DNA of 38,812 bases. Origin: Patescibacteria group bacterium (lineage in GTDB: Bacteria; Patescibacteriota; Minisyncoccia; 2-02-FULL-40-12; GWA2-44-9). Under the pieces are notes generated by a model. The model made no database searches and was not told where the DNA came from. It saw only the letters and a program-made list of their open reading frames with translations. Shown here piece by piece: positions 1-9,115 of this stretch; position 1 is the stretch's first letter, and each line of letters opens with the position of its first letter. The stretch is from assembly GCA_038062135.1 (NCBI GenBank), contig JBBTXT010000012.1, positions 1 through 38,812 of the forward strand, written 5' to 3'. The translations under genes were made by a program, and so were the position numbers.

Positions 1-84
1 GTGCTGACGAGCGGGAGGATAATTTGTCAGGGAAGCGGGTAGGTGGAGGAAGAATGAGGCGAGCGAAAGTTTTAATGTGGACAA

Positions 85-111
85 TTAGCACTCTTGACAC
101 TAGAGTGCTAA
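85..111 (+). promoter_or_regulatory. CIRCE operator (HrcA binding site)
   Basis: Exact TTAGCACTC-N9-GAGTGCTAA directly upstream of hrcA. Confidence 0.97.
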
Positions 112-121
112 TGAATATAAT
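94..121 (+). promoter_or_regulatory. sigma70 promoter of the hrcA-dnaK operon
   Basis: TTGACA (94-99, inside the CIRCE spacer), 16 nt, TATAAT (116-121); ATG 7 nt downstream. Confidence 0.88.
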
Positions 122-128
122 TGGGTGT

Positions 129-878
129 ATGTTAAGCGAGCGTCAATCACAACTCCTAGATTTTATTATCAGGGAATACGTAAAAACCGCTGAACCGGTT
201 GGTTCGGCGATGGTTTGCGAAAAGAGCGATTTTGAGGTCAGTCCGGCAACTATCCGCAATGAGATGGGAGAGTTGGAGCGAACTGGGTATTTAGCCCAAC
301 CGCATACTTCTGCCGGCCGCGTTCCGACAGATAAGGCCTATCGCTGGTTTGTGAACAAATTGATGGAAGAGGGTCAATATGAAGTTGATCCACGGTCCAA
401 GCGAACGATTAATGACGCGATATCCAATGCTGGACCTGATCCGCGCGAACTAAGCCGCAATGCCGCGCAAGCAATCCAAGAACTTTCCGACAACCTAGTT
501 ATTGCAAATATTGAGAGTAGCCCTGATTTTTATAAAGTTGGACTTTCACGACTTATGGCCTTTCCAGAATTTCGCGAACTTGGACGGATGATTCAACTCA
601 CAAGCATGTTTGACCAGTTTGATGAGTTGTTTGGATCGTTTGAACGGGAGTTCTTCGGTGATCACCGCGCTGACCAGAACTTTAATATCATGATCGGTCA
701 TGAAAATCCGTCCCGAAATATCCAAGGCGAGACGATGATTATTGTTAAACATCGTTTGCCTGGCGGAAATGTTGGTACCTTGACGATTATCGGTCCAACG
801 AGAATGGATTACCGAAAAAATATAGGCCTTGCCCAGTACACATCAAAACTTTTAGATAAATTATCGGAAAGAAATTAA
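129..878 (+). CDS. hrcA: Heat-inducible transcription repressor HrcA (short form, 249 aa)
   Basis: MLSERQ..IIREYVKTAEPVGS..SPATIRNEM..L.QPHTSAGRVPTDKAYR and C-terminal IIGPTRMDY; start moved to ATG 129, downstream of the promoter. Confidence 0.95.
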   Translation: MLSERQSQLLDFIIREYVKTAEPVGSAMVCEKSDFEVSPATIRNEMGELERTGYLAQPHTSAGRVPTDKAYRWFVNKLMEEGQYEVDPRSKRTINDAISNAGPDPRELSRNAAQAIQELSDNLVIANIESSPDFYKVGLSRLMAFPEFRELGRMIQLTSMFDQFDELFGSFEREFFGDHRADQNFNIMIGHENPSRNIQGETMIIVKHRLPGGNVGTLTIIGPTRMDYRKNIGLAQYTSKLLDKLSERN

Positions 879-882
879 AACC

Positions 883-1338
883 ATGGCTGACGAACAAAAC
901 CAAAATATAAGTGAGATTAATCAGACCGAGCAGTATCTCAATAATTGGAAACGCGCAGAGGCTGATCTGGCAAATTATAGAAAGGGTGAAGCACAAAGAA
1001 TCCAAGATTTGCTAAAGTTTGGTTCTGAATCGGTGGTTAAGGAGTTTGTGGAAGTGATTGATAACTTTGATATAGCTCTCAAGCATGCACCGCCGGATAC
1101 GCCAGGTTCGTGGCTGGAAGGGTTAAGGCAAGTTGGTAAGCAGTTCCTTGAGGTATTAAAGAAGAATGGTGTAGAGAAAATAGAGGCAACGGGAAAAGTG
1201 TTTGATCCGGTGCTACACGAAGTTATAGAAACCTCGCCAGGAGAAGGGGAAAGTCATGTGGTGCTTGAAGAGCTTCGTGCCGGATACGTCATGCACGACA
1301 AAGTAATTCGCCCCGCAAGAGTAAAAATTAGTCAATAA
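883..1338 (+). CDS. grpE: Nucleotide exchange factor GrpE
   Basis: RAEADLANYRK, FDPVLHE, GY.MHDKVIRPARVKI; lies between hrcA and dnaK. Confidence 0.96.
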   Translation: MADEQNQNISEINQTEQYLNNWKRAEADLANYRKGEAQRIQDLLKFGSESVVKEFVEVIDNFDIALKHAPPDTPGSWLEGLRQVGKQFLEVLKKNGVEKIEATGKVFDPVLHEVIETSPGEGESHVVLEELRAGYVMHDKVIRPARVKISQ

Positions 1339-1355
1339 TTAATTAAAACAAAACT

Positions 1356-3245
1356 ATGGCAAAAATACTTGGAATTGATTTGGGAACGACAAATTCGGCG
1401 ATGGCAATTATAGAGGCGGGCCAGCCACGCGTGCTGGAAAATAAAGAAGGCATGCGCACAACCCCGTCCATTGTTGCGGTGGGGAAAAACAGCGAACGTT
1501 ATGTCGGCGTGACTGCAAAGCGGCAAGCAGTTACGAATCCTGCGAATACGATTTTCTCCGCAAAGCGCTTAATTGGACGCCGATGGAACGACGAAGAGGT
1601 CCAGCGCGACCGCAAGCTCTTGCCATATGAAATAAAAGAGGGTGCACACGGCGATGTTGAAATTAAACTCGGCGATAAATGGCTCAAGCCGGCCGAAGTT
1701 GCGGCTATGGTTCTGCAAAAGCTAAAGCAGGATGCTGAAGATAAACTGGGTGAAAAGATTACCGAAGCGATCATTACCGTTCCGGCGTATTTTGACGACT
1801 CACAACGTAAAGCAACTAAGGATGCCGGAGAAATTGCCGGTCTCAATGTGAAGCGCGTTATTAATGAGCCGACGGCTGCCGCGCTCGCGTACGGCTTCAA
1901 TAAAAAGAAAGACGAACAGATTGTGGTGTATGACTTTGGTGGTGGAACGTTTGACGTGTCGGTGCTTGAAGTCTCCGAAGATACGATTGAGGTAAAAAGT
2001 ACCGGCGGCGATACACATCTTGGCGGTGATGACCTGGATCAGCGAATTATTAATTATCTTGCCGAAGAGTTTAAAAAAGAGCAGGGGATTGATGTCTCTA
2101 AAGATCAGCTTGCGATCCAACGCTTGAAAGATGCCGCAGAAAAAGCGAAGCATGAGTTGTCGTCGGTTATGCAGACCGAAGTAAACATCCCGTTCTTAAC
2201 TGCGGATGCATCCGGTCCAAAACACTTTGCGCTTAACTTCACACGAGCAAAGTTAGAAGACTTAGTTAGGGACTACATAGACAAATCGATTGATCTGACC
2301 AAGAAAACTGTTGAAGAAGCCGGATTCAAGCTTTCCGACATTGATGAAGTTATTCTTGTTGGTGGACAGACTCGTATGCCGGCAATGGTTGAGGCGGTCA
2401 AAAAACTATTCGGCAAAGAACCGCATAAAGACATCAACCCAGACGAAGTTGTAGCCATCGGCGCGGCAATCCAAGGCGGTATTATGCAGGGCGACGTGCG
2501 CGACGTTCTTTTGCTTGATGTAACGCCACTTTCTCTTGGTATTGAGACGCTCGGCCAGGTGATGACCAAGATGATTGAGAAGAACACCACTGTGCCGGTG
2601 TCTAAGTCACAGACCTTCTCAACGGCTGCGGATAACCAGCCGTCCGTTGAAATTCACGTACTCCAAGGTGAGCGTCCAATGGCGGCAGACAACAAAACCC
2701 TTGGCAGATTTATTCTAGATGGCATTCCACCAGCTCCGCGCGGCGTGCCGCAAGTTGAGGTTACCTTTGACATTGATGCCAACGGTATTTTGAACGTTAC
2801 TGCGAAAGACAAAGCTACTGGTAAGGCGCAATCGGTCCGCATTGAAGGGTCATCCGGTCTTACGGAAGACGAGAAAAAGCGCATGACTGAAGACGCAGAG
2901 AAGCATGCCGCCGAGGATGCCAAGAAAAAAGAACTCATTGATGCGCGCAATGCCGCCGAATCTCTAGCGTACATTTCTGAAAAGACTCTTAAAGATGCCG
3001 GAGAAAAAGTTTCGGCTGATGATAAAAAAGCCGTTGAAGAAAAAATTGAAGCAGTCCGCAAGTTGAAGGACAGTGAAGACGCGGACGCAATTAAAAAAGC
3101 AACCGAAGAACTCTCTACGGCGGTTCAAAAAGTCGGCCAGGCAATGTATGGTTCGGCAGGCTCACCACAAGCAGAATCAAGCCAGCAAAAGCCGCCAGAA
3201 CAGACCGTTGAGCAAGATCCTCACAAAGAGGAAGATAAAAAATAA
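1356..3245 (+). CDS. dnaK: Chaperone DnaK (Hsp70)
   Basis: [49 protein letters not shown]. Confidence 0.99.
   Translation: MAKILGIDLGTTNSAMAIIEAGQPRVLENKEGMRTTPSIVAVGKNSERYVGVTAKRQAVTNPANTIFSAKRLIGRRWNDEEVQRDRKLLPYEIKEGAHGDVEIKLGDKWLKPAEVAAMVLQKLKQDAEDKLGEKITEAIITVPAYFDDSQRKATKDAGEIAGLNVKRVINEPTAAALAYGFNKKKDEQIVVYDFGGGTFDVSVLEVSEDTIEVKSTGGDTHLGGDDLDQRIINYLAEEFKKEQGIDVSKDQLAIQRLKDAAEKAKHELSSVMQTEVNIPFLTADASGPKHFALNFTRAKLEDLVRDYIDKSIDLTKKTVEEAGFKLSDIDEVILVGGQTRMPAMVEAVKKLFGKEPHKDINPDEVVAIGAAIQGGIMQGDVRDVLLLDVTPLSLGIETLGQVMTKMIEKNTTVPVSKSQTFSTAADNQPSVEIHVLQGERPMAADNKTLGRFILDGIPPAPRGVPQVEVTFDIDANGILNVTAKDKATGKAQSVRIEGSSGLTEDEKKRMTEDAEKHAAEDAKKKELIDARNAAESLAYISEKTLKDAGEKVSADDKKAVEEKIEAVRKLKDSEDADAIKKATEELSTAVQKVGQAMYGSAGSPQAESSQQKPPEQTVEQDPHKEEDKK
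3149..3167 (+). repeat. Short REP-like palindromic repeat in frame in the DnaK tail (GSAGSP)
   Basis: TGGT-TCGGCAGGCTC-ACCA; same TTCG..GCTCA core as 4414-4433. Confidence 0.5.
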
Positions 3246-3260
3246 TTTGGTTTTAGGACC

Positions 3261-3328
3261 ACACCAGCTCTCCTCGTCCCGTGGTCGCGCACACTGTATA
3301 GCGCCCACAAAACAAGGAGAGCTAGTGT
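3261..3328 (-). other. Long intergenic hairpin folding on the minus strand
   Basis: 24-bp arms 3261-3284 and 3305-3328; all 5 plus-strand mismatches are C.A (G-U on minus); inner GCGC/GCGC stem. Confidence 0.75.
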
Positions 3329-3347
3329 ATAAATGACGTAACCCCGT

Positions 3348-4145
3348 ATGCCTAAAAAGATTGTAATCCTGCTAGCTGTATTCGCCGCTTTCCTTGCCTT
3401 TTGGATTGCGGCGAATATTTGGTTAGATAATCCAGCCTCCGCACTAAATGATTATAGTCGTTGGATTGTTCCATTGGTGCTCATGATTGCATCCTCGGCC
3501 ATATTGGCGCTTGCGATTCTTCTTGTAAATAAAGATTGGAAATGGATTCTGGTATATTCTGCCGCCGTGATTTTACCAGGTCTCTTCGTTGTTGGATTCG
3601 GTAGCCTTACTGTTATCGGGGGCTTGGCGGGAATGGGAGCTTTGATTAGTGGAGCTGCTCAAAAAATCCGCAACGAATCGGAAACGCGCATACGGGTAAA
3701 CATTAATGCAATGATTGGTTCCGGCACCCGCTTCATTCTTGCCGGAGCAATCGTATTTTTATCGGTGGCGTATTACGCAAGCCCGGCGGTACAGATAAGC
3801 AAGGAGACGCGACAACTCCCTCCAACGATCATTGAAATGATCCAAGGGTTGACGCGTAGGCTAGTAGGCGATGAGTTGGCGATCTTGCCGGCAAAAGAGC
3901 GTGCGCAGGCCGAGAAAACAGTTGTTCGCGAAGTGCTAGATCAGATAAATGATCTTGCCGGACCGTACTTGAAGTTTTTGCCGTTTATCCTGGCAATTGG
4001 TTTATTCCTGCTTCTTCAGAGTTTGAACTTTATTTTTGCCTGGTTGGCCGGATTGATTGCGGCGGGAGTATTTTGGATTCTTATTAAAGTTAACTTTATT
4101 AAAATAGAAAAAGTGATGATAGAAGGCGAAAAGATTTCTCTCTAG
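3348..4145 (+). CDS. Hypothetical multi-pass membrane protein
   Basis: 265 aa with about 6-7 hydrophobic segments; stop is 1 nt from the dnaJ start. Confidence 0.85.
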   Translation: MPKKIVILLAVFAAFLAFWIAANIWLDNPASALNDYSRWIVPLVLMIASSAILALAILLVNKDWKWILVYSAAVILPGLFVVGFGSLTVIGGLAGMGALISGAAQKIRNESETRIRVNINAMIGSGTRFILAGAIVFLSVAYYASPAVQISKETRQLPPTIIEMIQGLTRRLVGDELAILPAKERAQAEKTVVREVLDQINDLAGPYLKFLPFILAIGLFLLLQSLNFIFAWLAGLIAAGVFWILIKVNFIKIEKVMIEGEKISL

Positions 4146-4146
4146 T

Positions 4147-4929
4147 ATGGCAGATCCATACACAATTCTCGGAGTTTCTAAAAATGCCTCGGCTGACGAT
4201 ATAAAAAAAGCATATCGTAAATTAGCGCATCAGCATCATCCCGACAAAAAAGGCGGCGATGAAAAAAAGTTTAAAGAAATAAACGAGGCGTACCAGATTT
4301 TATCCGATCCCGAAAAGAAGTCTCGCCTTGATCAATTTGGGCATGCAGGCGCGAATGGCGGCTTTGGCGGGGGTGGTCAGGGCTTCGGCGGTTTTGATTT
4401 CGGCGGGGGTGGCCCCTTCGACTTCGCTCAGGGTAAAGGTTTTGAAGATATTTTTAATATGTTCTCCGGCGGGTTCGGCGGAGGTGAACGCAGGGAACCT
4501 GCTAAGGGCGAAGATCTGCACATGGAAATCCATTTAAACAAAAAAGACCTTGGGCAAACTCGCCACCTAGAATTTGATGTTCAAAACTCATGCCAAGAAT
4601 GTTCGGGCAGCGGGGTTGCAAAAGGATATAGTTTAAAAACTTGCGGAACCTGCAAGGGCGCGGGTCAAATCCAGCAAAACGTACGCACTATGTTTGGCAC
4701 ATTTAGCACGGCGAGTGTTTGCGGAGAATGCCGAGGAAAAGGCAAAATTCCAGAAAAACTATGCTCTGAATGCAAAGGCCACGGCCGGGTTAAGGGCAAA
4801 CGTTCAATGGAGATCCACGTCCCTGAAAAAATAGAGGACAACTATTCAATCATTGTTCCCAAGGGCGGCAACGCCGGCCCGGAAGGAAAACCTGCAGGAG
4901 ACTTGGTGATTCAGTTAAGGATAAAATAA
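4147..4929 (+). CDS. dnaJ: Co-chaperone DnaJ, C-terminally short (260 aa)
   Basis: J-domain with HPD, G/F-rich linker, four CxxCxGxG motifs; ends at [10 protein letters not shown]. Confidence 0.93.
   Translation: MADPYTILGVSKNASADDIKKAYRKLAHQHHPDKKGGDEKKFKEINEAYQILSDPEKKSRLDQFGHAGANGGFGGGGQGFGGFDFGGGGPFDFAQGKGFEDIFNMFSGGFGGGERREPAKGEDLHMEIHLNKKDLGQTRHLEFDVQNSCQECSGSGVAKGYSLKTCGTCKGAGQIQQNVRTMFGTFSTASVCGECRGKGKIPEKLCSECKGHGRVKGKRSMEIHVPEKIEDNYSIIVPKGGNAGPEGKPAGDLVIQLRIK
4414..4433 (+). repeat. Short REP-like palindromic repeat in frame in the DnaJ G/F linker (PFDFAQG)
   Basis: CCCT-TCGACTTCGCTC-AGGG. Confidence 0.6.
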
Positions 4930-4938
4930 GTTCATATT

Positions 4939-5087
4939 TAATCAAAAGACCCCCTGCCCTGACTCGGATACGGGATGGTTTTGAGAACCAGAACGTTCCC
5001 AAAACCTCCCTCCTCCTCATCATAAAAGAGTTCTCTCTTTTATGACTCCGGCGAGTCCTCACTGTGACAAGGGGTCCTTTTTGATTA
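4939..5087 (-). ncRNA. Candidate structured RNA or element with a three-way junction
   Basis: Closing stems 4939-4958/5066-5087 and 4961-4966/5052-5057; hairpins 4972-5010 and 5020-5045; mismatches are G-U on the minus strand. Confidence 0.5.
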
Positions 5088-5089
5088 TT

Positions 5090-7669
5090 TTATCTTTGGT
5101 AAGCCGGTACCTGCCCCAAGCTCGTATACTCTGATCCTTTAGGATACCAGGCATACTCGTTGTTATTGATGCAGAATATCTTCTGATTAAAGAAGGGATC
5201 TTGTTGTGTTGCTTGTTCCTGGGTGATGTTAAGCCAGTGTAAGACTCCCGTGTCTTCTCCGGTAACCTGGACAGCATAAACCTTGGGATCGTTGGTTTCG
5301 CAGTTCTTAAAGTAGAGTGAGGTCTTAAAGGCATCTCTAGTACTGGCAGAGACCGTTTTAACGTTCTGGAAGCCTCCCAGGTGGCCATAGAAGGAGAAGA
5401 TAACTGGGTTAAGGAATAATCTCTTGAATCCGTTCTGGTTAATGATGTATATGTCTGGATCAGCAGAGTTGGCTGCACTAACCAGATCGCCTTCACGCAG
5501 GCCATATTGGCCCGGAGTTACGCCACCGGTAGGGGTGGGAGTTGGTGTCTGGGTGTTCTGAATGCAGTTAGGATGCTGATTAACTATCTCTGCCACTTCA
5601 GCACTCTTTTTACCCGTTGAGACGTCTATGAGCCAGAGGATGGAGGTGCTGGGTGATGTAGAGCAGCCCGCCGTATAAGACCAGCTAACCGTGCCTTGAG
5701 CACTAACGGCATAGTTAGGAGATAAGCGTACGTTATTGTTGCTGCCTGCAGCACGCACCCATCTTTCTACATTTCCGTTCGGCGTATAGCCGGAGCCGGA
5801 GAATATAAAGGGTTCTAATTGTCTGCGAGTTGAGATGAGGGCTCCATCTATCAGGAAGGTGGGCAGGGAGCCTGGGGTGGGAGTTGGAGAGATGGTTGGA
5901 GTGGGGGAAACGGTTGGGGTGGGAGTAATGGACACGGTGGGGGTGGGAGTTGCAGCTGTTACCTGGACTGCCACATTAGGTGTCTTGTCTCCAAACCAGC
6001 CAACGAGGCCCTGGTTTAACTGCCACTGGAAGTTATAGGTGCCTGGAGTGGAAGGTGCGGTGACGGTGAAGTTGAAGGTTGCGTTTTGGTTGGGGAGGAT
6101 GGGGGCAGAGGACATCGGAGCGGAGGCAACTCCCCAGGTTGTGTTGTCTGGGGGGTTCTGGGGTTTAATTCTCCAGGTATAGGCTTGATCTCCTCCCGCA
6201 ACGAAAGTCCTATCCCAAGGGCTGTCCCCGGTATTTTTTAGAGTTATTGAAACGGGGTACTGTTGGCCCGCAGTCATGGTTGTTGGAACGCTTTGAACAA
6301 TAAATTGTGTTTTTCGGTTTGAAAATTCTCTGGCAGCGGGCTGCATAAATAGCGTGTTCAGCGGATTGTTTTGCGGTATAAAAGTATAGTGTGAAAAAGA
6401 CAGTGCTCTTATTTTTCTTTGAGGGGGACCAAAGACGGTTATTAACGGTCTCAAGCGGCCAGCATTATCAGTCCAGGTGGCAATACTGTAAGTGCCCGGT
6501 TGGAAGTCCATAAACGGCGTTGGGTTCCAAACCCACGCTCCTGCGATGCGAGTTCTTGCTTCGTCTAAGATTGCTTTGTGCTGGAGCAGTTGATTGTTCG
6601 GTTCCGGCCATTGGTATGCTGTGGCATTTCCACCGCCTCCAAATTCACCCAGAATAAGCGGCTTTTGTGAGGCGGCCACAAGTACGTCCATTGCGGTTTT
6701 AGCGTTTTCTGGTCCCTGGTAAAAGTGAATGCCATTAATGTCGGTTACGTCTTCAAGAGAAAACGGCTGACCGCCGCGGAGATTGTGGATGTCCGTGAAT
6801 TTAACGAAATTAACGCCCTTGCTCTCAAGCCATGGCCAGCGATTATCTGAAGGTCGTTCAATGACGGCAGTTTCGCCGCTCACGGTAAGATGATTGGGGT
6901 CTATACTCCTTACCACATCAAGAATGCGCGTCACGTAGCTCAAAAGTTGTTCCTGATAACCAACTGCACGTATGGTACCGTTCAAAAGCATTTCATTGCC
7001 GACTTCGTATGCTAAAACGCCGGGTTCATTACGCATGGTCGTGGCAAAATTCCGAGCCCAGCGAAGGGTTTTTGTTTCCGCTTCGCTTCCGGGCGGCATG
7101 AGTCTCGCACCGCCAATGTCCGGGATTCCGCGCACATTGCAGGGGGTATAGGTTCCGTCCGGTTGGGGACATTCAAACCCGGGCACCCCAAAGAAAAGAG
7201 TCCAGGTGATGCGAATGCCCTGGCGGTATGCCATTCTTGTGAATTCAAGTAATCTGGCTTCGTAACCCGGTTTCCAGTAACCATCCAAATCTAGTCCTAC
7301 CGCATTTAGCCGCATTGTGTTTATGCCGGTAACCTCGTGGAGCCATTGCAATTCTTTTTCTAACTCCTGTGGTTTCCACTGATCGGCATCGAGGTATTTC
7401 ATGTTGCACCAAGCCTCGGTGCCTTCAGAGAAAGGACAATATTGTGTGACTGTTCTTGAGCCTAGCCAATTTGATCCCTTGGACCACCACGGCTGGCCGT
7501 TGAGCATGAGCTGTTTGCCTTGTACGTACACAAAATTGGTCTGCACGGTTCGATCGTTTTCAGCGGCAAAGAAACGGCTAATATCTATATCAAAATATCG
7601 AGTAACAACAAAACCGCCAATAAGAAATCCTACGAATACACTTAAAACTACGAAAATTTTAGGTCGCAT
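5090..7669 (-). CDS. Membrane-anchored multidomain GH5-like (clan GH-A) glycoside hydrolase with Ig-like domain and Pro/Thr linkers
   Basis: N-terminal TM; FVYVQGKQLMLNGQPW..GSN; acid/base LAYEVGNE; nucleophile KPLILGEFG; Ig-like domain (SITLKNTG..W..FTVTAPSTPGTY); two PT linkers; CPR-type C-terminal domain (LREGDLV..DPDIYII..KRLF). Confidence 0.8.
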   Translation of the reverse strand: MRPKIFVVLSVFVGFLIGGFVVTRYFDIDISRFFAAENDRTVQTNFVYVQGKQLMLNGQPWWSKGSNWLGSRTVTQYCPFSEGTEAWCNMKYLDADQWKPQELEKELQWLHEVTGINTMRLNAVGLDLDGYWKPGYEARLLEFTRMAYRQGIRITWTLFFGVPGFECPQPDGTYTPCNVRGIPDIGGARLMPPGSEAETKTLRWARNFATTMRNEPGVLAYEVGNEMLLNGTIRAVGYQEQLLSYVTRILDVVRSIDPNHLTVSGETAVIERPSDNRWPWLESKGVNFVKFTDIHNLRGGQPFSLEDVTDINGIHFYQGPENAKTAMDVLVAASQKPLILGEFGGGGNATAYQWPEPNNQLLQHKAILDEARTRIAGAWVWNPTPFMDFQPGTYSIATWTDNAGRLRPLITVFGPPQRKIRALSFSHYTFIPQNNPLNTLFMQPAAREFSNRKTQFIVQSVPTTMTAGQQYPVSITLKNTGDSPWDRTFVAGGDQAYTWRIKPQNPPDNTTWGVASAPMSSAPILPNQNATFNFTVTAPSTPGTYNFQWQLNQGLVGWFGDKTPNVAVQVTAATPTPTVSITPTPTVSPTPTISPTPTPGSLPTFLIDGALISTRRQLEPFIFSGSGYTPNGNVERWVRAAGSNNNVRLSPNYAVSAQGTVSWSYTAGCSTSPSTSILWLIDVSTGKKSAEVAEIVNQHPNCIQNTQTPTPTPTGGVTPGQYGLREGDLVSAANSADPDIYIINQNGFKRLFLNPVIFSFYGHLGGFQNVKTVSASTRDAFKTSLYFKNCETNDPKVYAVQVTGEDTGVLHWLNITQEQATQQDPFFNQKIFCINNNEYAWYPKGSEYTSLGQVPAYQR

Positions 7670-7719
7670 CTTGGTTGGATATATTTTACCATCCTTGCCA
7701 AGATGCGCTAGGGGATAAA

Positions 7720-8286
7720 TTACTTCGCGCGTTCTGCGTACTCTCCGGTTTCGGTATTGATGATGATCTCTTCACCCTCTTCAATAAAGAGGGGAACGTT
7801 GATGATAGCTCCCGTATCAAGTTTAACCTGTTTGTTTCCGCCAGTAGCGGTATCGCCGCGGATTGCCGGCGGTGCCTCAACGACTTTAAATTGCATTTTA
7901 ATCGGAAGAGAAACGTTTATGACTTTGTCGTTCCAGCGCAGGGCTTCAAGAATTGTATTGGGTTTCAAAAATTTGCCCTGGTCTCCAATAATCTCGGCAG
8001 AAAGTTCAAAACGATTTGCCGGGTTTTTAGGATCTACGAACCAAAATTGGTCGCGGTGGTTATAAAGGAATTTTACTTCACTCCGAACCACGTCAGCCGG
8101 CTCAAAAACATCTGACTGGGCAAAGTTGCGTTCCAACACCTTTCCATTGAGAAGGTTGCGAAAACGGGTTTGCACAACCGGGCGTCGCTGCTGCATCTTT
8201 AAATGGTGGGTTTCTAAAACAATGCAGGGCTGGTCCTCAAATATAATATACGTTTTCGGTTTTAGTTCGTTTACTCCAAGTGCCAT
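7720..8286 (-). CDS. efp: Elongation factor P
   Basis: PPAIRGDTATGGNK, VPLFIEEGEEIIINTETGEY.ER. Confidence 0.95.
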   Translation of the reverse strand: MALGVNELKPKTYIIFEDQPCIVLETHHLKMQQRRPVVQTRFRNLLNGKVLERNFAQSDVFEPADVVRSEVKFLYNHRDQFWFVDPKNPANRFELSAEIIGDQGKFLKPNTILEALRWNDKVINVSLPIKMQFKVVEAPPAIRGDTATGGNKQVKLDTGAIINVPLFIEEGEEIIINTETGEYAERAK

Positions 8287-8347
8287 AAGCGCAATAACAG
8301 CCTGCCAGAGGCAGACCGCCTTTGATAAAAATTACCAATAAATACTA

Positions 8348-9115
8348 TCAAAAATCGTTACGTACGGCAAGGGTTATCAAAAACATAAGGCCCCCGGCAA
8401 GGACAACGATCGGTCCCGGTACAACTCCAAACGCGTTGGCGGCAATAATTCCAGTGCCGGCCGTTATTGCGCCGAAAAACGCCGATAGTCTAGTGTAGCT
8501 TGTTAAATCTCTGGAAATATTTTTTGCGGCGGCGGCGGGAATGATTACCAATGAGCCCATAAGCAAAGTTCCAGCAACCTTGAGTCCGAGTGCCACCACA
8601 ATTGCGACCATAAGCAAAAATATCAGGTTTATGTTTTTTAATTTAAATCTTGCGGAGTGGGCGAGATCCGGAGAAATTACCCCCAAGATCGTGCCCGGAA
8701 TAATTCGGGGCATCACAAACAATACGGTTGATGTAAGTATTAATGTAAGAATTGCATCAAACACCCCGATCTTGGTGATGTCTCCAAACAAAGCTTCTAG
8801 TAGTTCTGGCTCCGGGGTGATAAGCAAGCCGATTGCCAAACTAATTGTAAAAAGAATTCCGACCAGAGTTTCCGGGGGCAGAGTAGTTTTTCTTTCCAAT
8901 CCCCAGATGCCGATTACCGCGAGCGTTAAGGCAAAAAAACCTCCGATAAAAGGGTTTACACCAATAAGTAATGCAATAGCTATTCCCGGTAACGCGACAT
9001 GAGACAAGGCGTCTCCAACCAGCGACATTCTGCGTAAAACCATAAATGAGCCAAGATAGCCTGCGCCAATGCCGACTAAGACCCCGACAAATAGTTGAAG
9101 TAAAAACGGGTTCAT
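8348..9115 (-). CDS. znuB: Zn/Mn ABC transporter permease (ZnuB/MntB family)
   Basis: LRRMSLVGDALSHVALPG, GTLLMGSLVIIPAAAA. Confidence 0.9.
   Translation of the reverse strand: MNPFLLQLFVGVLVGIGAGYLGSFMVLRRMSLVGDALSHVALPGIAIALLIGVNPFIGGFFALTLAVIGIWGLERKTTLPPETLVGILFTISLAIGLLITPEPELLEALFGDITKIGVFDAILTLILTSTVLFVMPRIIPGTILGVISPDLAHSARFKLKNINLIFLLMVAIVVALGLKVAGTLLMGSLVIIPAAAAKNISRDLTSYTRLSAFFGAITAGTGIIAANAFGVVPGPIVVLAGGLMFLITLAVRNDF

Noticed and set aside
24-128. N-terminal extension of hrcA in the ORF track
   Set aside because: It covers CIRCE and the promoter; HrcA similarity begins at ATG 129
1499-3061. Long antisense ORFs opposite dnaK (and similar ones opposite ctpA, mreB, rpoA, rpsK)
   Set aside because: Shadow frames of conserved genes with no motifs or expression signals
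5005-5050. Hammerhead ribozyme (UGAUGAG on the minus strand within a three-way junction)
   Set aside because: Lacks the C of CUGAUGA and the GAAA core strand
5870-5955. Repetitive G-rich DNA, possible array
   Set aside because: Encodes the Pro/Thr linker of the hydrolase; no constant repeat-spacer structure (same for 31715-31805)
8300-8324. CTGCC-aga-GGCAG palindrome upstream of efp as a regulatory site
   Set aside because: Too short; probably a decayed CPR-type repeat and cannot be supported further
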